Source: Marsupella aquatica (Eukaryota; Plantae; Marchantiophyta). Taken from it: a DNA stretch of 64,000 nt. Shown here piece after piece: positions 37,901 through 47,490 of the stretch (its first letter is position 1; each line of letters opens with the position of its first letter). Where the stretch lies: the NCBI GenBank assembly GCA_973895155.1, contig OZ316891.1, forward strand, positions 16,123,137-16,187,136, given 5' to 3'. The position numbers and the translations under genes are program-made. Below the pieces are notes generated by a model. That model searched no databases, was not told the DNA's origin, and saw nothing but the letters and a program-made list of their open reading frames with translations.

Positions 37901-39027
37901 TCTGGTTGATCTAGCATCCATGCATCCCGAAATCAATTTCTCAATCACCAATCCCGTCACCCGTGGCAATGTCAATTCCCTGGCCCGAAACAGCCCCCGT
38001 AGCCCGATCACTTAAATTCTCTCAATTTCCCGTCACCACTCCGTGCGGCCGCCACTAATGCCTGGAAGAATGACGCCAGCAAGCCCCACTAATCCACCAT
38101 GAAAGAGAGAGCTTCAAAAATAATTAGAATCTGGAGAGAGCTTCCGGCAAGAGAGAGAAGAACCCCGTTTTTGCTTTCGGCAATGAGAGGGTCGTGCAAA
38201 AGGAAGAGGGAAAGAAAAAGGAAGGAAAAAAAAATAGAACCGAAAAAACTCCTGGCGCCTTCGCCATGCGCCCCGGCCCATTTCTCGGGCCTTACCCTTG
38301 CGTCCTCCTGCGCGCGGCCCTATGCAGGGCGCGCGGCCATTCCTCCCGGCTCGCGGGAGGCCCTTCAACTCCCCCCCGCTCGCGTGATCCTCCCAGCTCG
38401 CGGGAGGCCCTTTAACTCCCCCCCGCTCGCGTGATCCTCCCAGCTCGCGGGAGGCCCTTTAACTCCCCCCCGCTCGCGTGATCCTCCCAGCTCGCGGGAG
38501 GCCCTTTAACTCCCCCCCCCCGCTCGCTTGCGCTCCTTCAGCTCGCGGAGCCTCATTAATTGCCCGGGCACGCAGCCCTATGGGCTCGCGAGGCAGCCCC
38601 TTCAGCTCGCGGAGCCCCATTAATCACCCGGGCACGCAGCCCTATGGGCTCGCGAGGCAGCCCCTCTTTCTCTCGGACGGCCACTAATGGGACTCGCCCT
38701 CCTGAGGAGGGATTTATTTAAAAAAAAACCCCCCCCTCTCCTGACTTTGCAATGGGGGTCTCAACAATAGCTCTTGAAGCAAAACGGTAAGTCCTATGGG
38801 GCTGGTCCTGGCTAGTTTCAAGGTCCCAAAATATTTGCCCACTTAGGTCGCCGCAAATCTTAGAACTATTATGAGAGAAAGAATATAAAGTCACCTGGGG
38901 CATCATCAACCTATAATGACGGAATTAACTAAAAATTAAAAAATGGCTTATTTACATTGACTATTAACAAGGTATCGGCCTTTGCAACCAGTTATGTGTG
39001 ACTTCCCGTGACGGGGTACCCGTCACA
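34950..39027 (-). repeat. 5' LTR (4078 bp)
   Basis: Direct repeat of 24252-28328; followed on the minus strand by the PBS. Confidence 0.95.
36061..37917 (-). CDS. 618-aa LTR-encoded accessory protein, 5' LTR copy
   Basis: Same ORF with 2 amino-acid differences (R/W, M/V). Confidence 0.8.
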   Translation of the reverse strand: MLDQPEFSASRIRRYKAAYRDYVETRITREREEREVMMSTGLAAGSSPVGRKIFRRIYPKTSTKVMEDCRNIFQATGLTEFMKVEITIPSGKSWDIEAGMEFRTEGIYFECLKRVVPHVELAKLLFLENQKFSFTPRNIRGELTLKMVATWVTNPTSTTAIPLSAVKDVEYKGFLAKVHQRVLGNVQSGVLNEEHFVVAMDIKNYPAHVYGWWCYGLKKLLAAEPGSVKPGGAVHLMGSFVLARAEGLIGSPGHEDTGSSLTTEIRSIATTVLGKLTEESLSAGGEDNREEENQEDDCTLEWLESLVGDPKQPLEYNIPDVYLAELRDFREGVHEGLKLVHALRESLKHATVKVETLEQSILSLKEVIKTKEQTIHEKVRHINAAHVEITNLKGALSTKAKEAEEVGALRQALAKEKQNSGEVMEWRNQVGALRSQVAAFETRAKRSEALSLGKRKSPGTPGSTLSPDVISQAIEMVVKEVSGKYGPLLDGAKKSQEKSKSLEKKLREVRKSLREAQVSTGMPPRSVTPGTPMATGQVLPLELWSGEEATLWKDTIGEGYIKAWQALAALRKRGSSSTKSTPSKKKKSTVALTPVSDEEEDHSRGTSPGTESEEEEED

Positions 39028-40139
39028 GGTCTTGACACCAAAGCTGTCACTATTGGGTGCCAAAACTATCTCCTTGTACCTGAGGATCACGGAGGGATGT
39101 TGTGAAGGCTGGTATACACCGGTTTATCCCCTTAACGCCAGACTATCATAGCAAGACTCTGTCACACATCACCCAAGCTCAATCCCAAAGGACCAAGGTT
39201 GGGAATCAGCTCTTGCACTCATGATAGTTCTGGTGAGAAGGGGGTCTTCATGTCGGGCCCGTACACACAGGGCGTAGCGCTACGGTGCGCATATGTCTAT
39301 ACGTATGCTTACTGCCATAGGTATGTTTCTATTCCGCCGCCGGAATGTACCCATAAACCAGTGACTCTGACTGATTCCCGGCTTAGGGACTTCTAAGTCA
39401 TTGCCCCACCACTCTGCCATTCCACTCCCAGCAATCAGAGTTATGACAGCCCTCACCCAACCCACTTCAATGCACCCGATACACCTCTCAGTGGCGCCGC
39501 TAGTCCCATCATACACTCAAATTGCCTCACACACACACACATCCATGAGAGAAATGAGGCCTGAGAGGAAAACTCAATTAGATTCAAAGATGTGCACAAT
39601 AGTTCACTGAGAACACTTGATTCGAACAATAGTCCCGAAGACTGTCTACTCCAGATTGCGACGTGCTTGCCCCGCAAGCCCCGTGCTTGCCATGCAAGCT
39701 CAATCCTGAACCTAAGCCCGGCTCACTCCAGATTGCGACGGCAAATTGGACTCAAACCAATCCCGTACTTGCCTTGCAAACTCAATCCTGAACTCAACCT
39801 CCTTCACTGCACTTCATTCTTGGGGACACGTACAGATCTCACACCTCCATTTCAGAATGTCAAGTTACGCATGCACAGTTGACTCGACTTCAAAGCTGGT
39901 ACCAGGCCTAACGGCGATCTACCCCAGACTGCAATGAGGCCCGGCCTCATGCTTGCCCTACAAGCTCAACTCTGGCCATAAATCCCTTAGTGCTCTCTAC
40001 CAGACAAAGGCCGGGACTCCCCATGGATCATGTAGCCTTGCCAAACTGAACTGTAAATGCTCCTCCTGCTGCACCTCAATCAGTGTCTCAGCCTCCCTAC
40101 TGTGCTCATCGTAAATGCAATCAAAATCCTCCCCACAGT

Positions 40140-42609
40140 TGTCACGTGATTGACATGGGTCTTAACACCAAAACCGTCACTATGGATGCCAAAACCATCT
40201 CCTTGTACCTGAGGATCATGAAGGGATGTTGTGAAGGCCGGTAAACACCAGTTTATGCCCTTAACACCAGACTATCATAGCAAGACTGTCACACATCACC
40301 CAAGCTCAATCCCTCAGATCCGCGCTCATGATAGTTCTGGTGAGAAGGGGTCTTCATATCGGGCCCGTACACACAGGGCCTAGCGCTACGGTGCGCATAG
40401 GTCTATACGTATGCTTACTGTCATAGGTATGTTTCTATTCCGCCACCAGAATATACCCATAAACCAGTGACTCCTGACTGATTCCCGGCTTAGGGACTTC
40501 TAAGCCATTGCCCCACCACTCTGCCATTCCACTCTCAGCAATTAGAGCTATGACAGTCCTCACCCAGCCCGCTTCAATGCACCCTGTACACCTCTCAGTG
40601 GCGCTGCTAGTCCCATCATACACTCAGATTGCCTCACACACACACACATCCATGAGAGAAATGAGGCCTGAGAGGAAAACTCAATTAGATTCAAAGATGT
40701 GCACAATAGTTCACTGAGAACACGTGATCCGAACACTAGGGCCGAAGGCTGTCTCCTCCAGATTGTGACATGCTTGCCCCGCAAGCCCCGTGCTTGCCAT
40801 GCAAGCTCAATCCTGAACCTGAGCCCGGCTCACTCCAGATTGCGACGGCATATTGGACTCGAACCAATCCCGTACTTGCCTTGCAAACTCAATCCTGAAC
40901 TCAACCTCCTTCACTGCACTTCATTCTTGGGGACACGTACAGATCTCACACCTCCATTTCAGAATGTCAAGTACGCATGCACGGTTGACTCGACTTCAAA
41001 GCTGGTACCAGGCCTAACGGCGATCTACCCCAGACTGCAATGAGGCCCGGCCTCATGCTTGCCTTGCAAGCTCAGCTCTGGCCATAAATCCCTTAGTGCT
41101 CTCTACCAGACAAAGGCCGGGACTCCCCATGGATCACGTAGCCTTGCCAGACTGAATTGTAAATGCTCCTCCTGCTGCCCCTCAATCAGTGTCTCAGCCT
41201 CCCTAATGTGCTCACCATAAATCAAATTGAAATCCTCCCCACAGTTTACAATCACCAATACATCACCTATCACCAAGGCTTTGTATCGGGGGAAAAGAAC
41301 CCAGTTGTGCTGCCCACTAGAAAGAGCCACAATCCAGCTCGCAAACCTAGCAACCCGTTGCTGTGAAGCTTGGCTGATTACTCCCTGAGTAATAGCACAA
41401 CCAAGCTCTCCCCAACACGCAGCGTCCAAGTCCAGCCTTGCTTGCACAGAGCTCCTCCCTGTTGCTCAGTCTACGTGAGATCACACAACTGAAGTCCCCC
41501 CCCCATCTCTACCGGGGGGCTGCTCTATATACTCTCATACTGAGCCCAAATGGCTGGGTACTACGCTGCTGGAGCCCCATCCCAGCCCTAACAGAGCCGC
41601 CACTATCTCTAACTACTAAACCCTAACTCGCAGCTTTATTTCTATCTCGAATTGGCTATGTACTTCGGATTTGGCCCTCCTCCATGGTTTTTGCGAGCTT
41701 ACGCCTCCTCTCCCGATTTCTGTATTCAACCATTTGCTGCGTGGATAGCAGCGTTGGAAGCGGCTTGAGCTCCTCTTTCCAACGAGGTCAATTATAGCCG
41801 ATTTGGTCAAATACGCAGAGAGTTATGCCCCCGCAACCGAGAGGGGGTACTCACTGCTGCGCTAACCCGAGTTACATAGCTAACCCGAGTTCGGCTAACC
41901 TAGCTATCCTATCTAACCCGAGTAGAGCTAACCCGTGGTCTCGGGTTAGGCCGCTACCCGCTATCCGCTAACCTAGCCTAAGCTGAGCCCGAATTTAGGC
42001 TAACCCGAGTTCAGTCTAACCCGAGATCAATCTAATCCGAACCTAGGTTAAGCCTAAACTGAAGCCGTGCTTACCTGAGCTAAGCTGAAGCCGTGCTCAC
42101 CTGAGCTAAGCTGAAGCCGTGCTTACCTGCGATAAGCTGAAGCCGTTCTCACCTGAGCTAAGCTGAAGCCGTGCTTACCTAAGCTAAGCCGAAGCCGTGC
42201 TTACCTAAGCTAAGCTTAAGCCGTGCTCACATAAGCTAAGCCGTGGTCGAGCTTGGGTTAACCCAAAACTGAAGTCGAATCCGCTAATTCCGGCCATAAG
42301 TTAACCCGTCACACTAATCAGGTTGTGTCTTTCTTAATACACCTCCGTTTCCCAAGTGTTTTATATCGATTTTACTCGCCTTGACCAGATCTTTCCAATG
42401 CTCTTTACAGATCCGGATTTGGTGACATATTGAAAGAGATATGGTCATCGACCACCCACGACATAGTTTTTATTTCCCTACTCTTAACGCCATGATTGCC
42501 CTTATTCTTGCCATCTTGCTAATTGTTATGCAATATCAATAGCTACTCCTTGCATACAGCAACCTACTTAATCAGATTACAAAATAAGGACCATGTCATT
42601 GGCGTCACA
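40140..42609. mobile_element. Solo LTR family X (inner copy) inserted into the outer copy
   Basis: TGTCA...TCACA ends; perfect TSD ACAGT; highly similar to 18473-20971. Confidence 0.92.
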
Positions 42610-43319
42610 ACAGTTTACAATCACCAATACGTCACCTATTACCAAGGCTATGTATCAGGGGAAAAGAACCCAGTTGTGCTGCCCACTAGAAAGAGCCACA
42701 ATCCAGCTCGCAAACCTGGCAAACCGTTGCTGTGAAGCTTGGCTGATTACTCCCTGAGTAATAGCACAACCCAGCTCTCCCCAACACACGACGTCCAAGT
42801 CCAGCCTTGCTTGCACAGAGCTCCTCCCTGATGCTCAGTCTACGTGAGATCACACAATTGAAGTCCCCCCCCTTGCCTCTACCGGGGGGCTGCCCTATAT
42901 ACTCTCACACTAAGCCCAAATGGGTGGATGCTACGTTGTTGGCGCCCCATCCTAGCCCTAACAGAGCCGCCACTATATCTAACTACTAAACCCTAACTCG
43001 CAACTTTATTTCTATCTCAAACTGACTATGTACTTCGGATTTGGCCCTCCTCCATGGTTTTCGTGAGCTTGCGCCTCCTCTCCCAATTTCTCTATTCAAC
43101 CATTTGCTGCGTGGATAGCAAAGTTGGAAGCGGCTTGAGCTCCTCTTTCCAACGAGGTCAATTATAGCCGATTTGGGCAAATACAAAGAAAGTTATGCCC
43201 CCGCAACCGAGAGGGGGTATGCACAGTTGCGCTAACCCGAGTTACATAGCTAACCCAAGTTTGGCTAACCAAGCTATCCTATCTAGCCCGAGTAGAGCTA
43301 ACCCGTGGCCTCTGGCTAA

Positions 43320-43482
43320 TCTGCTACCCGCTAGTCTGCTAGTCCGCTAGTATGCTATCGCTAGTCTGCTAGTCTGCTAGCCGCTAGTCCGCTAGTCTGA
43401 TATCCGCTAGTCTGCTGGCCGCTAGTCTGCTATCCGCTAGTCTGCTAGTCTGCTAGCCACTAGTCTGCTATCCGCTAGTCTG
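43320..43482. repeat. 8-bp microsatellite (CTAGTCTG/CTAGTCCG) in the outer LTR X
   Basis: About 20 degenerate units, in the region where the other two copies carry the 26-bp array. Confidence 0.8.
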
Positions 43483-44362
43483 AGCCCAAACCCGAGCTGA
43501 CCTATGCTAACCCGGGCCCGAGGTCAGGCTAACCCAAACTTGGGCTAAGCCTAAGCTGAAGCCGGGCTGACCTAAGCTAAGCCGTGGCCAAGCTTAGGTT
43601 AACCCGAAACCGAAGCCAAACCCGCTAATTCCGGCCACAAGTTAACCAGGCACACTAACCAGGCCGTATCTTTCTTAATACACCTATGTTTCCCAAGTGT
43701 TTTATATCGATTTTACTCGCCTTGACCAGATCTTTCCAATGCTCTTTACAGATCCGGATTTGGCGACACATTGAAAGAGATACGGTTGCCGACCACCCGC
43801 GACATATGATTGCCCTTATTCTTGCCATCTCGCTGATCGTTCTACAGTCTCACAGTTACTTACTGTGCACAACATACCAATTCCATCGTATTATTGAATA
43901 AGGACCATGTCACCGGCGTGACACACGCAGAGTTGTTCCTTGGCCGTTTCCCTCCGGTTTTCCGCTCCTACTAGCCTTGCTCAATCCATCTTTCCCGTTG
44001 CACTAGAAATTCCTGGTTGAAGATCCTTATTGCCAAAGTTGTGATCGATCAGGTCTCCTATTTCCTAGTCCAAGTTCCGCCTCAGTCCTCCTTCATGAAC
44101 AACCCCCACATCATCCGCAAAATACAATTTTTGCATTGATAGGACAAAAAATCACTATATCTATAAATTGTTGTTTTGCGGTTACTAAACCGCAATCCGT
44201 AGTTCCCGATTGGTATACTCTGTTTAACTAAGACTACTGCATCGAACATCTCTGTAAGCGATTGGTGGTTGAAGCCGTGGTTTCTGAACTGCCAATGGTT
44301 AAGTTTCTCAATTTTGATGTCACATGTTAGACATTCAATGGATCTTCTGGTTCACTAAAGTT

Positions 44363-44830
44363 TCAAAAAATGATTACTCGTTCAGTGGCAATTAGCCTCC
44401 AGCAGTGACATTGTCGTTGATCGAGTTCTCGTCCCAACATCAAGTTCCACTTTGATGACATGATTCCCCTGCAAAATTCTTCAACCGCTTCTTGAGTAGT
44501 CAACTGTCGTTGGAAAGTTTCACCATTCATGCCGAAAAGCTGTTGCCCTGCTTCATTCCATACTCGGCAGTCTCCCTCCCTAAGGCGGATCATGAATCGG
44601 AACATGGGCTTCCCCTCTCCTACGAGCTTGCAAATATGAGTGCCTCGATCCCTATTGAAAATGTTTGATTGTTCTTCTCCCATTTGCCTTCGTTGTCTTG
44701 CTTTCACCCCCAGAGCACAATCTCTACCGTCTCCTAGCTTGGTATCGCATCCTTTGTAGCAAAACCCTAATCCGGTACTACTCCATATAGCAAAAATTGT
44801 CGTGCCTTCTAATGTTAGTCTCCCAGCCAT
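44363..44830 (-). CDS. Putative RPA70 C-terminal-like OB-fold/Zn protein (155 aa)
   Basis: CYKGC...C...FRFMIRLREGDCRVWNEAGQQLFGM resembles the RPA1 DBD-C pattern; motif-level only. Confidence 0.45.
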   Translation of the reverse strand: MAGRLTLEGTTIFAIWSSTGLGFCYKGCDTKLGDGRDCALGVKARQRRQMGEEQSNIFNRDRGTHICKLVGEGKPMFRFMIRLREGDCRVWNEAGQQLFGMNGETFQRQLTTQEAVEEFCRGIMSSKWNLMLGRELDQRQCHCWRLIATERVIIF

Positions 44831-45068
44831 CTTACTAAGCTATTCCTACCTGCCACTGATCCCTTTAAATACTTGATCTATTGTCTTTTGCTTGACGTTT
44901 CTCTACTAATTAATTCTACTTAATTATTTTCTCAGTTTACGTTCTCCTTTATTTACTTACGGATTCGTCCTCGATATCCGTTCACTATTCCATCAACCGT
45001 TGTTCTCTATTTGTTGTTCGTTGTTCGTTCCACAGCTTTCATAACTCTTCTCCTTTGATTCTTGACCA

Positions 45069-45810
45069 CTAACCCATTTTCTTGCTTGGAGTTACTGTTG
45101 TACGATTTTGCGCCTTCAGCTTCCGGATTTCGGATTTCATGTCTAGAATGCACCGTTCCTTATCCTCTAATTCCTGAGAAATTTGATCATTCTCATTCCT
45201 GAGCTGTTCTACTTCTTCCATTCTCCCTTCGTTGCCTGGTTGTTGAGCCTTCGCTTGCACTAGTTGTGCTTCTAATTCTGTAATTCGCTTGTTTGCTGTG
45301 TGCAACTGTTTACTCAATTGGTCAATTTTGATGTTGAACGCCTCCTTGTGTACCCCTAGCATTACATCTGCTGGTAGAGTTGTATCCATGTTTTGACGGA
45401 GTTGGGAATCTAATTCTTCCCATTTCAACTTTATCTCCTTGACCTCCTTTTGCTCTTTTTTCCACTTGCTGGCTTCTTTTCGATGCTTACCCACTGTATC
45501 CTTGAGTTGCATCTATAATCTCTTAACTTCCTTTAAGGATTCCGCATTCACTTCGGATTGCAACTGTGCTTTGCGGTTCTCCATCTTCTCTACTTCAATT
45601 GCTGCCCTAATCGCCATGGTCACACCTTTGTAGTTTACTGTCAAGCCTCCCGTTTGGAATGTTCCCATGCCCAAAAACTCTGCTAGTGGTTCCATGGCAG
45701 TTTCTTCGTGCCTCCATCCCCGTTCGATAGTTGCAACGCTGCCCTCTTTCTTTTGTAGTCTCTCTACTTCTATTGACAGCTTCTCCATAATTTGCTGAGA
45801 GGTTTTTCTT
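45069..45810 (-). pseudogene. Coiled-coil ORF remnant, probably continuing upstream at 60897-61200
   Basis: Two in-frame ORFs separated by one TAG; K/E/Q-rich heptads; cut at the element end at 45811. Confidence 0.5.
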
Positions 45811-46195
45811 CGTGACAGGAAACAAGAAACAGTAACAATCATAACAGGAAAAAGAGTGGAACAAAACAGGAGATTTGGTACACACATAAACAAAAGATGG
45901 CATAATTATTGACAAAAAAGGAGACCAATTTCAATAGGAACTCCAATATGTTTAGAGTTCTATACAGCAATTGTGGAAAGACCAATTTTACTAGCGCCGA
46001 GCGCTAACCAAAAGTTTGTTACCGTGAAAAACAACGTTAAAAAAATGTTTGTTCACCGTCTCATCGAATGATCCAAATTCCTATAAACCATGAAGATTCT
46101 TCCTTCCTACGATGAACTAGAGTTCTCCGACAGTCAAAATTGGCTGGCTCGGTAAGACCCAATCCAACGGATCAAGCTTAAAGATCAATTTGTAA
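45811..46195 (-). mobile_element. Terminal fragment of a third family member (transposase 3' end + terminus)
   Basis: Minus strand encodes FKLDPLDWVLPSQPILTVGEL...GL*, homologous to the transposase C-termini. Then a palindrome (~45991) and a terminus ...GTTTCCTGTCACG. Confidence 0.8.
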
Positions 46196-46655
46196 GAGGG
46201 TTTTCCACATGACAGGAAACAAATTCTAGTAACAAGAAGCAACCAATTTCAATAGTAAAAGAGCCACTGATATTCTCAGGATATTCAAAGGACACAAGAA
46301 AAAAAAGAGTTGAAAGAAACAATTTTACATAGGCAAATTAACAAAATAGTGGAGGAAAAAAGAACATATATTAGTAGCGCCAGGCGCTAGTGACATGTGC
46401 TACTTCAAAAGGCCATTACAATGATATCCAGAAGGAAATAAGTAACCCTAATCACATATTCCAAAAACCTACTGCAAAAATGAAACTAACGAGAGAAACG
46501 AAAGGAGCAAAAAAGCAAACCCGGCTGAATAGAAGCCACTGTTCAAAGAGAAAAAATTGGAAGTAGATGACAGTAATGCAAATCATCAACCAGTCCAAAG
46601 ATGAGTCGAAAGCTAGCGCCAGGCGCTAGTTTTGGAGAAGAAATCTGTACACTAC

Positions 46656-47129
46656 TCACGACGTAGAAGACATGCAATCGTCTTCCAATCCTGCTTTAAA
46701 CCTATCCTCATCCTGTCGAAACCCCTCCTCTCGCACAACAAAAAAACGCGGTCCGGGATAGCGGCTCATCGGGCAGTTCGGGATGTTTGAATCTCCAAAA
46801 CTCACACGTCCAGTGTATTCTTGAATGTCCCTAAAAAACTCTGTCCTTGCAACCCGATAGACATCGAAAGGATCCGGATCATGAACAAAGAATCTCTCGC
46901 GGAAAGCAAGTGGAGGCGAAGGATCACGCGACGGAAGGTGTTCTGATCTGTGGCTGAAACCCTCATCCGGGGCCAGCCATAACCTGTTCCTCTTGGTCAA
47001 CGTCTCCGGGTATTGCATCACGGAAGAAGATCCAATCGACCTCATAACCTTCGTGTTTGGCGGAGTCTGGCTCCCCAATTTTGCAATTTTCTTCCCCTTA
47101 TCCATCGAGGCTAAGGGAATCACAGCCAA
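46656..47129 (-). CDS. Hypothetical 157-aa ORF/exon inside element B
   Basis: Open frame ending at a GTGAGT donor-like site and flanked by palindromes; no recognisable domain. Confidence 0.35.
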   Translation of the reverse strand: MAVIPLASMDKGKKIAKLGSQTPPNTKVMRSIGSSSVMQYPETLTKRNRLWLAPDEGFSHRSEHLPSRDPSPPLAFRERFFVHDPDPFDVYRVARTEFFRDIQEYTGRVSFGDSNIPNCPMSRYPGPRFFVVREEGFRQDEDRFKAGLEDDCMSSTS

Positions 47130-47490
47130 ACAACGGGCAGCTGAATAGTTTGAGAAAAGCCAAGATTAGTCCGAGTAGATGGAGAACTTCCAGGAGCGGG
47201 CGCCTCTCAGAAAGAATATGGAGAAGATGTTTAAGAAAGAGTGTCCTATCGAGAAAGAGAGAAAGACCAAATCAACGGAACATATCAGACGAATACGTAT
47301 GAAAATAAAAGTACAATATTTTTTGTACAATTGTACAAGTACATGCATTGATGGTATCCGCACACATATGTACTTAAATAGAGACTTCCGCTGCGTTTGT
47401 CTCCAGTGAAGAGTGAGATAGGAACATACACTTTAATAGCGCCAGGCGCTAGTACAAGGTTCCCAAGAAAACATTAAAGTTACACTTAAC

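Larger units (their letters stand above)
24252..39027 (-). mobile_element. Intact young Ty3/gypsy (non-chromovirus, Athila/Tat-like PBS) retrotransposon, 14.8 kb
   Basis: Perfect TSD GGTCT; TG...CA LTRs of 4077 and 4078 bp; PBS; PPT; single open gag-pol. Confidence 0.96.
24228..43923. mobile_element. Solo LTR family X (outer copy), split into 24228-24251, 39033-40139 and 42615-43923 by two nested insertions
   Basis: Starts TGTCAAGCGATTGACA, ends GGCGTGACA; TSD CACGT/CACGC; the pieces are collinear with 18473-20971. Confidence 0.88.

Noticed and set aside
34950-39027. 4-kb duplication as an assembly artefact
   Set aside because: Bounded by a TSD, PBS and PPT, and the two copies differ by several SNPs.
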